Source of the DNA: Veleropilina oligotropha
Taxonomy: Eukaryota
Assembly (NCBI GenBank): GCA_048128005.1
Contig: JBEUKZ010000019.1
Location: 558,001 to 622,000, forward strand
Direction: 5' to 3'
DNA length: 64,000 nt
The translations under genes and the position numbers were made by a program. The notes under the pieces are model-generated. The model searched no databases, had not been told where the DNA came from, and worked only from the letters and a program-made list of their open reading frames with translations. The first letter of the stretch is position 1. The number at the start of each line of letters is the position of its first letter. Below are positions 33,285 through 47,030 of the stretch, piece by piece.

Positions 33285-33918
33285 CTCTTTGGAGTCGTAA
33301 CATATAATGCAAAACTGTTGCTCTGAGTCGCACGATTTTGAGCATTTGGTCGCAGTAATACTAACACTAAACATTATATTATAATATGAAAACTATATAT
33401 ATTCTGAAAGGTCAGTATTAGGAGAGTACAATGAATGTTCAACAATTTTGATATCACGTGATTTTCAAAGAAACAATGACGTCACATGAACACGTGGTCA
33501 TGGCATAAAAAAAAGACAAAATTCACGTATATAAATGTTATAAATTATATACAGCATAGTAATTTGGGTTGATAATCATATACAAGTTGAAATTATTACA
33601 GGGAATTATAAAATAAAGGCAGGAAAATATGATTAACGACTAATATAAACATTATGACGTCACATTTTGACCATTTGCTCATGTGACAACACGTGGATAT
33701 TTATAGCTCAATACAATGATTTCATGGTACAAGGGAAGCAACTTCGTTTGGATTATCAATCGAGTATAGTAGTAAATGACGTTGAAGTCGTAGAACGACT
33801 GTATTCGTCTCAAATATATAGTATATAGTGACGCCAACACAAAAACGTGTTAACACGTCCTTCGACCTTTGTGAAATGGCTGGGAAGACGAGTATACTCG
33901 TCCTTCGACCTCAAAGAG
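33285..33918. mobile_element. TTAA-flanked MITE (piggyBac-like)
   Basis: TTAA|CTCTTTGGAGTCG ... CGACCTCAAAGAG|TTAA. Confidence 0.6.
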
Positions 33919-34212
33919 TTAAGAATGGCCACTTATACGTTGGTCTCATTAGCAGGTTAGACTGCAATTGTAATTTTTGATATTTAAATTTTTTTAAAAT
34001 GACCACATAGGAGATGTTTAAATAGATGATTGCCCGTAAATGTGCTATTTTATCTTTATTTACACTTTTTAGCTCTGCTGTGATGTAGTCAACGGAGCTT
34101 GACTGATACCGCTTTGTCCGGCGTACGTCCGGCCGTCTGGCGTCAACTTTTTGAATTGAAATCTGAATATCTTCAAAACTGTCTAATAACTTTTTTTCTA
34201 CTTTGGCATGAA

Positions 34213-34470
34213 GGCCGCTTCGGCAGCGCAGTGGGTAGAGTGTCCACTCTAACTTCACTGGCTTGATTCCGCTAATGCGAACAGTAGTGGGTTCAATACC
34301 TGGCTTAGGCATTGAAATTTGTTCAAGTTATGAATCACAGTTGTCCGCGACTGGCCGAAGAGGGCGGGTTTACCCGGGCGACCGGGGTTTCCTCCCGCGA
34401 TAACACGGACATGTCCTGCCTTGAACCTCGATGTTGTAAATATGCAGGACATTAAGCATCATTCCTCCCT
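34213..34470 (+). mobile_element. tRNA-derived SINE (family B)
   Basis: A/B-box-like head, GGTTTCCTCC core; partial copies at ~41482-41680 and ~49237-49380. Confidence 0.7.
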
Positions 34471-34854
34471 CCACTTTGGCATGAGCCTTCCTGAAATTAT
34501 TAGAAAATTCTGCGTCATGGTTTTTCTGAAATTTACATTTTTGGACTTACAAAATCCACTTTTGTGACAAGTTTTGACTTCAAATGTGAATATCTCCGAA
34601 ACTGTCTGATAACTATTTTCCTTACTTTGCATGAGCCTTCATTATGGTGTGTGTTTAACTTATCCTGTGAATATTAGAAAAATGTACTTCCCAGTTTTTC
34701 TGAAATTCGGAATTTGGTTTTTGTCAAGACAACTAGCCTGGATATTGGAATGCTATTACATGGGGAAGTGCTGACAAAATATCTAAAGTTGTTTGACTAT
34801 ATTGATGAACCCTTTCCAGCAGAGCTATATAGGTAGAAAGGCCTCTTGTCTATA

Positions 34855-36355
34855 ATATAAAAAGTTAGAAATTTTCAGCACTCAACTTTCGTCAGTAATT
34901 TGCTATTGTTTAAATTAATCGCTATTGAAGATGTTAAAAAAATAATTAAAACCGGTCCGTGGTTCTGCTTTTTATGTAGTTAGCTTCATTGCTATATTCA
35001 CATTATGTATGTGTACATAGTCTTGCTAAAATTAATATATTTATTATAAGCCTAATAAAATGTGCTTTTGTTAGCCATACGTCATTAAAAACAAAGCCAA
35101 TGACGACGAATGTGCTAACTAAAATGTCGATTTTCTCTGGAATGCATTTTCAGGTCCAGTCATGCAGCTTAGGAAGTCTATTACTCGCACCTGAGATAGA
35201 CATCCCATTTTTTTCCGGTGCTGGAAAATTCTATCTCGACCACTTTGTATACATATGCAAATGCTGTCTAGCACACTCTGTATTCCCACGCACGTCGTCT
35301 GCAATGTTTGTAAACAAAAATGGCGGATCGAAACATAAACACCCACGTACTGGGGCTAAAATCTCTCTATAATATCTATATCGCATTAAACCACGTATGT
35401 ACGCTACACCCGAAACACCAAACCGATGTCCCATAACTATCTCTACAAAACTTACCATGGCTTTAATAGACCTGCATACTACTCCAATGCTGTCAATGGA
35501 TTTTACATAGCTGAAACTACCGTGAAAAATCCCGGCAAAACACGTCCTTGGTTTCACATTGTCCGCTTGGTGTAAACAAACTTAAATACACCATGAAGCG
35601 AATACGAACATATCGACGCCTCACAAACATTTATGTCAGAAAGCACTTGTGTCAAAAATTGCTGGAAAATCTAGTTCCAGGCAGACACGCAGATCGACAG
35701 CAACTAAATTATAAACTGACATTGCCTCTGAAGTGACGTCACTTCTTGTAAGTTTAATAGTTTGAGCGTTTATTAATCTATGTTATGATTTTAAATAATT
35801 ATTTATCTTTTTGTTGACTTTTTCTATTATTAATATTTTAAAGATACTAATGAAATTGAGTAAATAATTACGGAACTATTTTATTGCATCAGAAGAACAG
35901 CTGTGAGTGATTGGGCTTGTACTGGTATGCAAAGTAAACAAATACTGTATCGAAATAGCCTTAAAAAGTAACATCACCTCATGCACATAGTGTCAATGTG
36001 ATTATGAATTTAAATATTTTACAATTATTATTATTTAATAATACTAAATAATTGAATAAATATTTATTCCATAAGTACATAATTATATTTGATTGCGTCG
36101 GAAGCACTACTGGTGAGTGATTGGGATATTTGAATATGCAAGGTAAACAGTATGAAAATAACTTTTTCAAGCTTTTTGAGGTGCTAGAAAAATAATCAAG
36201 CCCCACATTTGAGTTCCAGATAGAGAAATATCAGTCTCGGGTGTGATGGTGCAACATCCCAACTTCGGCTAACGCCTTGGTTGTGATTTGTTGCACCATC
36301 CCACCCTCGACTGATATTTCTCTATCTGGTACTCAATGTGGTGCTTGATTCTATT
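34855..36355 (+). mobile_element. Decayed Crypton-like element with tyrosine-recombinase remnant
   Basis: 35548-35736 reads PLGVNKLKYTMK...LTNIYVRKHLCQKL, resembling the Crypton YR TNHSxRK region; ~165-nt terminal hairpin at 36190-36355. Left boundary approximate. Confidence 0.55.
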
Positions 36356-37153
36356 ATTCTCAGCAACGAACAGATATCTGCATGAGTATATGTGTGTCCT
36401 TGGGATAACATATTTGGCATTTGTATATTATCAACAAAACGTCAACAAATCAAAAATATATTAATAATGAAATATCATAATTGTAGGGATTTTTTATTTC
36501 TTCGTATTAATGTTAAATTTTGATACTTGTATACTAATCATAGATGATGTATTATACTCTTATCCCAAGCCATGGCCACTGACCTGCAATTAAAAAAAAA
36601 AATTAATTAAATATCTCTTGTCGTTACGGAGTAATAGATTTCCTAGCAAAAGGACGAATAATTACAAAATTTCTGCCGTTACCATGGCAACTGTAATATT
36701 GATAACTTTTTTATGCTTATTTTTTGTTCATAGACCAAGTACTTATATTTAAAGGTACATAGACTGAGTTAATGTTGTTTTTAACAAAAATACATTTTTC
36801 ACCCACAGCCCCCCTTAACTCATTGCATCACACTGAGTGATATTTCCAATTAACAAAGTTGCGTAGGTTTCTGCTCAAGGAAGATAGTTTCTAATTGACA
36901 ATAATATATATTGCCCAGTTACACTAATAATTTCAATAAAAGTATATCATATATCGATCATATCTTCGTGAAATTGGTGTCGGTCTACGCGAACCGTGCG
37001 ATAGAGTCTGATCAGTCATGCGACACGGTTACGAAGAGAGCGCATTTACGGGCAATAGTCACTTTAATATTTAATTTCATGTATAAGAGAAACGCAGCAC
37101 AGCGACATGTCGTGATAAGATAATTCTATTTGATGTATTTTGACCCGATTTAG

Positions 37154-37257
37154 GGGACACATCGACCCCGAAGAAGCTGACCTCTTCCTCCAGCAGTGGC
37201 ACGTCCAGTCCGAGCCGGGCCAATCAGGATGCAAACTGGTCCATGCCTCAAGCCACG
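37154..37257 (+). CDS. FAM120A: FAM120A/C-like exon (Ser-rich)
   Basis: tttag| (G)DTSTPKKLTSSSSSGTSSPSRANQDANWSMPQAT |gtaaga. Phase 1 in, phase 0 out. Confidence 0.7.
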
Positions 37258-38087
37258 GTAAGAACAAGTATCGTGCTCTCTCAATGAATCCACTGTTTGG
37301 ATTGGATGTCTTTTGGCACATTTTTTCATGGGGTGGACAGATAGATATCCTTATGACCTGTAATCATAGAGATCGGAGAACACTCGGCCATTTCCGTATA
37401 AGTGGTCGAGAGGAAATGTGATCAGGATATCGTCTTTGTCGAACGTATGACGTGAAAAGCTGATTGTGAAAGCAACATGGTTAAGAGATTTAAAAATTAT
37501 TCAAGTTTTCGTCTTGGTATTTATGTCTCGTTCGTCACCTTTAAATCTGTGGTAAAACATCCAACCAGTCGATCTACCTGTCGCATCTCCCAGTGATGTA
37601 ATTGATAAGAGCGTGAATAACAAGAGTGCTTTCCCCAGGGCGGGTGAGTGGGTTAGCATGTCATACTGCCACCGAAACAGTTTATAGTTGGTCCCAGGTT
37701 CGAGACCAGCAGCTGTACATTCTACCGATTAAATAATTGAATGCATATGCCCAATTTGTGGGTCAGATCGGAGTGAGACCTTAACCATGGGTGTCTCAAC
37801 TGTGACTGAAAAAGTGCCAAAAGTGGTCGTAAAACAATGATACCAAAAGTTTTCCTCAGTTATCAGGCATTCCTCTTGCTAGAATATGGATGGCGTTAAA
37901 ATGGGATGTTAAGCATTATCTTTTGCCGCAAATAATCCTCTCTTCTGATTGGCTGACGTCATTTTATTAACTGATGATAAACCCCACCCTGGCGTGGTAT
38001 GCGAAAGATTATACCACGGCTGACGTCATATTCTTTGTGACATGTTCCCATGTGAAAAACCTTGAATAGGCGGTAATGAAATCGTTG

Positions 38088-38310
38088 TCTTTGTTTTACG
38101 ACCCCATTGGCAATTTTTCAGCCTTAACGCAGTCGGGACACTAGGTTTAAAGTCTCGCTCCGATCTGACCGACATGCATTATGGATATGTCATCTATTAG
38201 TTTTAAGCCTTAGAGCTGTAGAGTAATCCAGGCTGTTCCGGGTTTGAACCCACATTCTACCATCCCACCTAATGTTTTCCGACGCTCTAACCAGTTGAGC
38301 TATCGAAGAC
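38088..38310 (-). mobile_element. tRNA-derived SINE (family A)
   Basis: Reverse-strand copy of 7315-7535 (TAGCTCAACTGGTTAGAGCG...GGTTCAAACCC). Confidence 0.7.
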
Positions 38311-38776
38311 TTTGAATTACGGTTATGATTGTAAACAACAGCAATGTTACGAGTCGAGGTATGAGTTTGTTCTTTCAGGTTAGGATAATAAGGCACGATA
38401 AATATGTTGTCGAGCAACGTCGCGGTAAACACGGCACATTGAATACCTTATAACATTAAACCACTCGCAACGTGCCTGTGGTTCAGCATTATGCGGTATT
38501 CAAGGCACCATGTTTACCGCGACGTCACTCGACAACTTATATCTATCCAAACCAAGTTCAATCTTGCAGTATGTTTTTCGGTAAACAAGTTTAATAACAA
38601 AGGGACAGCGGGAAAAGATGTCTGTCCAACTTGTAAGTTGTTTAATGTAAAAAGGATTGACTTACACATGATTGAGAATGGCAGAGCATCCATCTCAAAA
38701 TTGACTGGATCAAGTAATAACGGACTGCATCTTTATCCGCTGCAATAAGCATTCAGTGCGTTTTGTTTCCATATAG

Positions 38777-38908
38777 GGCAAATCCGGAATGGACCAGGAC
38801 AACTTCACGCCCCGTCTTCCCCCAATTTCCCCGGAGATTATCCGAGTTGCCAGTGAACGACACCAAAAGGGATTGATGTCCACATGGATCTACCCAATTC
38901 TCTCACAG
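38777..38908 (+). CDS. FAM120A: FAM120A/C-like exon
   Basis: atag| ...LPPISPEIIRVASERHQKGLMSTWIYPILSQ |gtacgt; resembles FAM120A LPPVAPEVLRVAEHRHKKGLM. Confidence 0.88.
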
Positions 38909-38979
38909 GTACGTTTTTGTATGATTAATGATTTCGGTAATGCTTTCGTTCAATTAGGGTATTGCTCCGCTGCCTTCTT

Positions 38980-40148
38980 GCGAAGTTTGGGGGCATATAG
39001 TGTTGCACACGTCCATCCGTCTGAACTTCGTTTCCGGGCTATAACTTTAGAATGCCTTCATGGATTTAAATGAAATTTGGTATGCAAGTGGATGATCATA
39101 ATAGCTAAGTGAAGTTCGATTACGATAACATTCCGAGTTTCCATAAAGGAGTTATGCCCCTTGATTCACTTGGAAACATTTTTTTTCTTTCCAGGCGATA
39201 ACTTCAGAATGTCTTCATGGATTTGCATTAAATTTGGTATTCACGTGTATGATCATAATACCTAAGTGAAGTTCGATTTCGGTAACATTCAGAATTTCCA
39301 TAAAGGAGTTAAGCCCCTTGATTCACTTGGAAGCATTTTTTCGTTTCCGGGCGGTAACTTGAGAATGCCTTCATGGTTTACATAAAATTTGGTATTCACG
39401 TGTATGATCGTAATGGCTAAGTGCAGTTCGATTTCGGTAAAATTCCCATGTTCCATAAGGGAGTTATGCCCCTTGATTCACTTGGAAACATTTTTTCATT
39501 TCCTGGCGGTAACTTCAGAATGCCTTCATGGATTTAAATTAAATTTGATATTCACTTGTATGATCATAATAGCTAAGTGGAGTTCGATTTCGGTGAAATT
39601 CCGCCTTCACATAAGGGAGTTATGTCCCTTCATCAACATGCAATTTTTTTTCCCATTTCCAGCCGATAACTTGATAATGCCTTCATGGATATAAATTAAA
39701 TTTGGTATACACGGGTAATATCATTGGAAAGAAATTTTATGCCCGTTCCCCTGCATGGAGAGCATTTATTGTTACACATGTTTGTCCCTCGAATGAATGC
39801 TTTAGATTCTGCGCTATATTAAGGCATTGATGGATTTGATATTCATTTGATATACACATGTATATCAGAATATCTAAGTGAAGTTTCATTTCTATAAATT
39901 CCCAACTTCATTTAGGAGACATAGGACATTAGTTATTAATTAATTTTGTTTTCAATTCTGGACGATAACTTCTGAATACATTCATGGAATGAAACTATAT
40001 TTGGAATATAGGTGTATACTTATTCATACATTGTTAAATGCGTAAATGCAATGTTAAGAGAGTTATGGCTGTTTACTTCGAATTTCTTTCATTCCTAGTC
40101 AGTTGTTTCAGCGGGAGCATTCGTGTCACTCTGACATATCTAGTTTTT
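38980..40148 (+). mobile_element. Second copy of the 156-bp-repeat HINE-like element (5' truncated)
   Basis: Colinear with 29960-31444. Confidence 0.75.
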
Positions 40149-40544
40149 TGTTCGGATGCAGCCAGATTTTTCATGCGAGAAAAATAATCAGACCTTGTCG
40201 GGCATTATTTATCACTGCGATATATTGAGATGCAGACTGCCCCCGATAAGATTCGATAAATAATCAGGCTCTTCCCTGTCAAAAATTCTGCTCGTGTGCT
40301 GCAGGCTTAATATGATGAAACTTCTTTGGGTAGTACCCTTCGCATGTAAACTTCCACCTAAGATATATACACACACCTTGTTTTGCCTCTCTGTCTTTTC
40401 TCAAAGCCATTATCCTATGCTACTGGGTAGCATGAAGATTACAGTGGAACTCGACTTAACCTACCAATTGAATCACCTAGTGTTCTTCAAATGAACAGAG
40501 CTGAGTAGCATCTGCTAATGTAAATATTTACATGAATAATATAA

Positions 40545-41133
40545 CTTACATAGTTTGTTAGTGACCGAATACAGATTTTACCCGGGTCAGTGGAAATTTC
40601 ATATTGGGCGAGGCGATAGTAAAATCCGTATTCGGTCACTAACAAACTATGTAAGATATTTATCCTGTCGACAATTTGCAAATATATTATTACGTAATAT
40701 TTTGAGAAACGCAAATAAGTAAATATATTGTTACCATCATCAACAGCCTTTATCCTGCCGCATTCCCGCTAAATCTCTCACACAGCCAACAACGTCCTCG
40801 TCAATCGTAAACAACACGTCACTCGGCGTTATTGACAAGCATATCTTTGCAGTCGACATTAATCAACTGTTTGACAACTTTTCACCACAGCAACTTAATA
40901 TCTTTCAGACGAATAATCAGCGACAACTTCCAATGTTTTATGGGTGTAAAATCGACAACATCAACATTACAATAAACAAGTAATAAAATGTCCTTGGGTG
41001 ACATCGTTTTCCCTCCACCCGTACTCGTTGACGTGATATGAAACGGAGGCACTAGATATGGTTATTTTACATGGTCAGCACGTGACGTGATGTAACCAAT
41101 GAATGGACTAGAATGTTATCGGAGGCAGGATAA
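40545..41133. mobile_element. Crypton-like non-autonomous element
   Basis: Perfect 28-bp-arm hairpin 40545-40655, then TTATCCTG ... CAGGATAA inverted ends. Confidence 0.45.
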
Positions 41134-41156
41134 CAGTTAATCTCCTTCATTTCTAG

Positions 41157-41313
41157 GGTGAGATAAAGTTGCCCGTGATTCTGGAGGACGATATAAGTCG
41201 TGAGTTGCCGACTGCGGTTGAGTTGTACCGACCACTACGACAGACTGTATACTCAGTGCTTTTAAACCTGAACAAATTAAAAATTGTCTACGAAAACTCG
41301 TACAAAGATAAAC
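41157..41313 (+). CDS. FAM120A: FAM120A/C-like exon
   Basis: ttctag| GEIKLPVILEDDISRELPTAVELYRPLRQTVYSVLL... |gtgagt. Confidence 0.9.
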
Positions 41314-41980
41314 GTGAGTACACATCACTTTGTGTGATACAGTTTTTAGTGCCTACATGTTGAAAATTTTCCCACCTTCGTAAAGCATCATATTATAATT
41401 TAGTAAATTTAACATATAATAATATTTGCACTGTAGATGTCATTTCATTGTGTCGTCTTTCTAATCATGTTGCCGTTGCTAGGCCGCTCCAACAGCCGTG
41501 TGGTTTCGTTTGCAATCTCTGAAAATCACTGGCTTGATTCCGCTGACACGAACAATAGGTGGTTCGATCCTCGGTTGGGACATGACATTAGTTTTTCAAC
41601 CGAGCTTTCCTCCCGCGATAATACGGACATGTCCTGCTTTGAACCTAATGGTTGGAAATATACAGGATATTAAAGCATCGATCCTTTCTGTTGCCCTTGT
41701 TAATTTAATATGAAAAGCATCCACAGACAGAAGAGTTAAACGTTGTAAATGTAGTTCCTTACTTTTTGTCCGTTGCTTTTGTTTTATCGTGCTGGTCGTT
41801 GACATCCATCAGGTGCTTTTATCGACAAGTTATAGTTGTTACAAATCTCAAAATTAAATTTTATTTCAGTAGCTCATGGATGAAATTAAAATGTTACCAA
41901 TTTATGAATTCGTCAAAGATAAATTGTTTTAGTAAAAAGTGTACTACTCAGTGGCACTTCTGGGTGCACCAATCGTGAAA

Positions 41981-42023
41981 TCCTGACCGGTGTCGACCAA
42001 TATGTCAGGTCTTCATCAGAGGA
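41981..42023 (-). ncRNA. Degenerate minimal type I hammerhead ribozyme (Penelope-like relic)
   Basis: Minus strand TCCT-CTGATGA-A-GACC(loop)GGTC-GACA-CCGG-TC-AGGA; core GAAA reads GACA; TATAAA about 35 nt upstream. Confidence 0.65.
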
Positions 42024-42261
42024 ATGTGATGTCTGAGTTCTAGAAGATGCGGGGTCCTTTTATACCCTCTGTAGATGTAATCCGGTGTTATCCAGTTTAG
42101 ACAAAGTGATCCGGTGGTTATCCGGTGGTCCTTCAGTGGGTTGCCACTATCAAAACTCAGTACGGATATAGCCAGAGGTTATCCGGTGTTGATTCGTGGG
42201 TTGTCTGATGTTCACAGGGACTTGACCTGTGATTATCCGGAGGTGAGTATATTCTGTATAT

Positions 42262-45200
42262 GAGCCAGTCTACGGAGTCATACGATTTCCGTTACGTCCG
42301 AGCTTTTTGAAAATATCTACAAAGTCTGTTTTCCTAATGAAGTCAAATAATACTAATTAACATCATTATATAACAAGGAGATAACTGGCAAAAATATGTT
42401 TGGGAATAATCAAAACTTTAGCTACAATTTTACATTTTCATCTGAAATGTCATGCTTTTTATGCCATTTTTTCGTGTCCTAATCGAGAACGTCCGTTTCA
42501 ACATATAATTTCCGATCTTTATGTACCGTGCATGTTTGACCAAATCAGTTCAAATTTAGGAAATGACATTCAAAAACAAGGTAAAATGTGGTTTTCACAT
42601 CAAAACACAATTAATTATATTGAATTGTTCCTTGAAAAAAATATTGTATGGATGTAACATTTAGTGTCATAAATGTTACATCCAAATATTACCAAATCTC
42701 CATTTTAGTGATGGTAGCATCTATTATGTTATTTTACGATTAGAATGTGTTCATATATACGTTTTTAGAGCAGATGTTGTAAATACAACATTGTACATTT
42801 TTTGGCCAAAAAATTTACTTTTTTGTTGAACAAATGTTTTGGTGTCATATTGTTACATCCGGGAAAATGAAAGATACAATCAAAATAAATAATTTGCAAG
42901 TTAAATTTGATCAATTAATTTATGGCATCATCGGGAGCCAAGACCGATTGACGATTGTGTTCAAAATGCGGGACACTGCTGTGAAGATTTTTCGTTGTGG
43001 CATGGCTTGTCAAAAAGTAAGTGCATCTTGCCTTTGTTGTTACATCCGAGAACAAGTGCATGTGACGAGTAGATTGAGGCTTAAAATGACAAATATTCAT
43101 TGTAAATGGATATTAAAGGATGCATCTTTGAATGATCAATAAATTTTGCTTCAAAATGGTAGTTGAAAATAGTCTGTCAGAGGAAACGTTTGACCGCGTT
43201 ACGATAAATTGTCAACATGATTCATATATTTGTTTGCATTCATTTAGTGTCTTTGTTACGTCTTGGTGATATAATGTAACTTCATATGGTTAACTATTTG
43301 AACATAATATAGCATATTCACAATATGAATGCACAAGTGTTAAGAAGCATATTTTAATGCAAAAAAGTACTGTACAAGAAGTACACATGTAGGTTTTTGC
43401 CAGTTATATCCAAGATGTAACATTGACACCAAAGATTCAGTACTGTGCCGGTGTCTTTGTTACATCTTTTTCAATAATGTTGTATCCACTATTTTATCAG
43501 GAAATTTTAAATATATCAAAACACAATGTTTCCATTTTAATAATCAGTTCCTCTTAATATTTTTTAATTAGTTTAAAAATATGCTGTAGTGTCATACTCT
43601 CTCATTTAGCCAGGATGTAACATTGACACCAAAGTTGAAGTACTAAATTGGTGTCTTTGTTGCATCTTTTACAAAAATGCATTATAAAATATATTACAAT
43701 GGATATTGAATGTATAAACCATCCAATTATCTGGTGGATACTATTTTGTATTTATTTTATTTATAAAAGCAGTAGTGTTTTGTTTATTTGACTTATTTAA
43801 TATTTACACAGGATGTAACCAAGACACCAAACTTGAATTACAACTTCGGCGTCTTCGTTACATCTTTTCTAATAATTCATTTTCCAAAGTTTTAATGCTT
43901 GATTTTGAATTAAAAAATCAACCAATTGTGTGTCATATTCAGTGTTTTTAATATTTACTATTTTTTAAATCGATAGAACACTGGCACCAATATTAAGTAC
44001 TTATGTCAGTGTCATTGTTACATCTTTTCCAATAATTCTGTATCTACTATTTTAACAGTAGATTTTGAATATATGAAAAACAATGTGGCTCTATTCATAA
44101 TCAGCGACTTCAGTATTTTGAATTCCTTTAAAAATTTATGCAGTAGTGCTATATCTACCATTTATCCAAGATGTAACAATGACACCAAAGTTGAAGTACT
44201 ACGTCAGTGTCATTGTTACATCTTTTCCAATCCATCTTTATGAAATATTAATTATTTATTTGTCCTATTTCTGGTGGATTTTCTCATTAAATTAAACAAA
44301 TAGTGTTATATTAATATTCATTTAACCAGGATGCAACAGGGACACCAAACTGACAATGACATTGATTTGCATATTGAGACATTACCATCCTTTTACTTTC
44401 GATTGTTGTCACACCATTTAACATGGAGTCATTGCTCATGCATTGAATATTGGATTCAGATCCAGAAGAAAATCTAATTTAGAAACTATGTTAACATAGT
44501 AATTAGCAGCATTACTGTGCCCGCTGTCTCCTGCGCATGCCTTGGGTCCAGGATTTTGTATAAATTTTAAAATAGTTAAACTTAATTGATGTCACTAATT
44601 TGATATATATTACGTAGTGTAATTGCTACTATGCTGCAACCCTAATTAATCTATAATGAAAACAATGTCAAAATGATAATATTAAAGAACCATTGTGCAC
44701 TATTTCCATTATTAAAGATATGTGTACATGTTCTGTTTTGTGCTTGTATATAATACAATTTGTCTATTATGTAGTTGTTTTTACCTTTGGAGTAAATTTA
44801 TTATGATTGTTAAAACTTTTCTCATTAAGTTTGTATTTATTACAAGCTTGCATCTCGCAACTAGTGGGAAAAAAATATTCATGGTACTTTTACGACGTTT
44901 ATAAAAGGTGGGTTGGGAGTTGCATGAATTTTCTCACAGCTAGACAGACCACAACAAAAATAAGCTTAATCATGTTTATAAGTGAAAAATTTATACTTGT
45001 ATTAAACTAGAACAAATAATGACACTTTTTTACATTTTGAGTGTATATATTGTATCGCCCGATAACATTTCGGGGGATACTATGGTTTAGCGTCTATAGC
45101 GGCGCATCTGGCATGGAGAGATTCTTCGTGATCGCTCTAAACAGGTAATTTCTTAACCGAATGTTTTCAAATTTGGTATGTAAGTTGGTTGGGGTGATCG

Positions 45201-46330
45201 AGAATATGACACTTATTGACTCCAGGTGTGGTCCGACCTCCAAGGTGGCCATCATCTTGGATATGCCGGGGTGATACATATGCAGTCAGGAGTGACCAAG
45301 CTTTCTAGTTATTTAGTTAGATCAGAAATACTTCTGTAAGATTACAGAATGTATTATTAATTCAGTTAAAAATTATTAATTGTACCGATACTTTCAATGT
45401 GATATAATTAATAAAAGTATATTTGTCTCGGAGGTCTTGATCGATCTTGAACAGTCATCATACCTTGCCGTTTCAATGTACATCCTCAATAAAAGACAAC
45501 TTTCAATTTGGAAAGTAAAGGAAATTTGACTTGATCATGGTTTATTGCAGCTACGGTTATATCGGGATAACAACAAATCATGTTAGTTCTTATACTGTGT
45601 ATTTCGATAAGAGTTCAACTGTGCACAATGACAAATAGTAAATAAAAACCTGAAAAATATATTCAAACTGATGTAAAACATTATGAGGAACACAGAAGGA
45701 AATTACTGAACTTCATGCAATAGAAATACACATGTATGACAGGAATTAAACATTTTATCCATGAAAACAAAACATTTAGGATGTAACACGGGACACCGAG
45801 ATTTCACTTATACAAATAAATGGTAAAATCTTTTCCATTTCACTTTCGAATTTGTTTAGAAATAAAATTAACCATTCTTTTTTCTATAAGACAAAATAGA
45901 GAATAAATATCATCTATAATCTGTTCCATGTCCTAATATGTTCAAAAATGGTGTCCTGTTACATCCGCAAGTTATCCTTGGGTGTATTTCTGCTTTGAAG
46001 ACATCAAAATAAACTTCTACCTAGTAAATATAATAGTATGATAACACTGATAATGATTTTGAATGAATTTTTCCCCTAACTGACGCACGTATACAAAAAC
46101 ATGTGAAACCAAATGTTATTTTTGTGTCCTGTTACGTCCTGGAGTTTGTCATAAAAGTTGCATTTCATCTAATTTCTCGAAGCAGAACTATCTTTTCCTT
46201 CATTGGTCCGGATGCATCAACATTTTGTGCTGTGTAATCTACCATCACTTTGATTTTTACATTATTTTGAAATTTGGAAAAAAACTGTTCTCGGACGTAA
46301 CCAAAATTGTATGACACCGTAGACTGGCTC
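42262..46330. mobile_element. Non-autonomous Sola2-type transposon (4.07 kb)
   Basis: TIR GAGCCAGTCTACGG.GTCATAC...GTTACGTCCGAG, ATAT on both flanks, many internal GATGTAAC/GTTACATC motifs; small HINE-like insert at ~45050-45310. Confidence 0.8.
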
Positions 46331-46349
46331 ATATTCTGAATTGTTTTAG

Positions 46350-46617
46350 CTCAAGGCGCTCCAGCGCGTTGCTTTGACGTCCTCATCAAGGAATGGGTGG
46401 TCAAGCGAGGTAACAACAAACCCACGTACGAGGTTGTCGTCGCCAAACCGGTGGAGTGGAAAACACCGAGCATAGAGAGGCTGTGGTTGGGCCAACAGCC
46501 GGACGACAAGAACCGTCGACTACGCGCGTTCATGACGTGTCTGAACAGTGACAGCGCTCTGATCCTGAACACGACCTACGTGCCACAGCACCTGCTGCTC
46601 ATGTGCTGCGTACTGAG
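46350..46617 (+). CDS. FAM120A: FAM120A/C-like exon
   Basis: ttttag| ...IKEWVV...LWLGQQPDDKNRRLRAFMTCL...VPQHLLLMCCVLR |gtaaag; resembles FAM120A LWLGKAVEDKNRRMRAFLACM. Confidence 0.92.
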
Positions 46618-46637
46618 GTAAAGTTGTGCTGTAGTGA

Positions 46638-47030
46638 AGTAACATTGTATTGTACTGTCAGAGGTAACATTGTGTTGTGCTGTCAGAGGTAACATTGTGT
46701 TGTGCTGTCAGAGGTAACATTGTGTTGTACTGTCAGAGGTAACATTGTGTTGTACTGTCAGAGGTAACATTGTGTTGTACTGTCAGAGGTAACATTGTGT
46801 TGTGCTGTCAGAGGTAACATTGTGTTGTACTGTCAGAGGTAACATTGTGTTGTACTGTCAGAGGTAACATTGTGTTGTACTGTCAGAGGTAACATTGTGT
46901 TGTACTGTCAGAGGTAACATTGTGTTGTACTGTCAGAGGTAACATTGTGTTGTACTGTCAGAGGTAACATTGTGTTGTGCTGTCAGAGGTAACATTGTGT
47001 TGTACTGTCAGAGGTAACATTGTGTTGTAT
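46638..47030. repeat. 25-bp minisatellite (TGTCAGAGGTAACATTGTGTTGTRC)n
   Basis: About 15-16 visible units starting just after the exon donor. Confidence 0.92.

Noticed and set aside
38230..38310. tRNA gene (also ~7320 and ~34215)
   Set aside because: A/B boxes are present but there is no clean cloverleaf, and each continues into a repeated SINE body.
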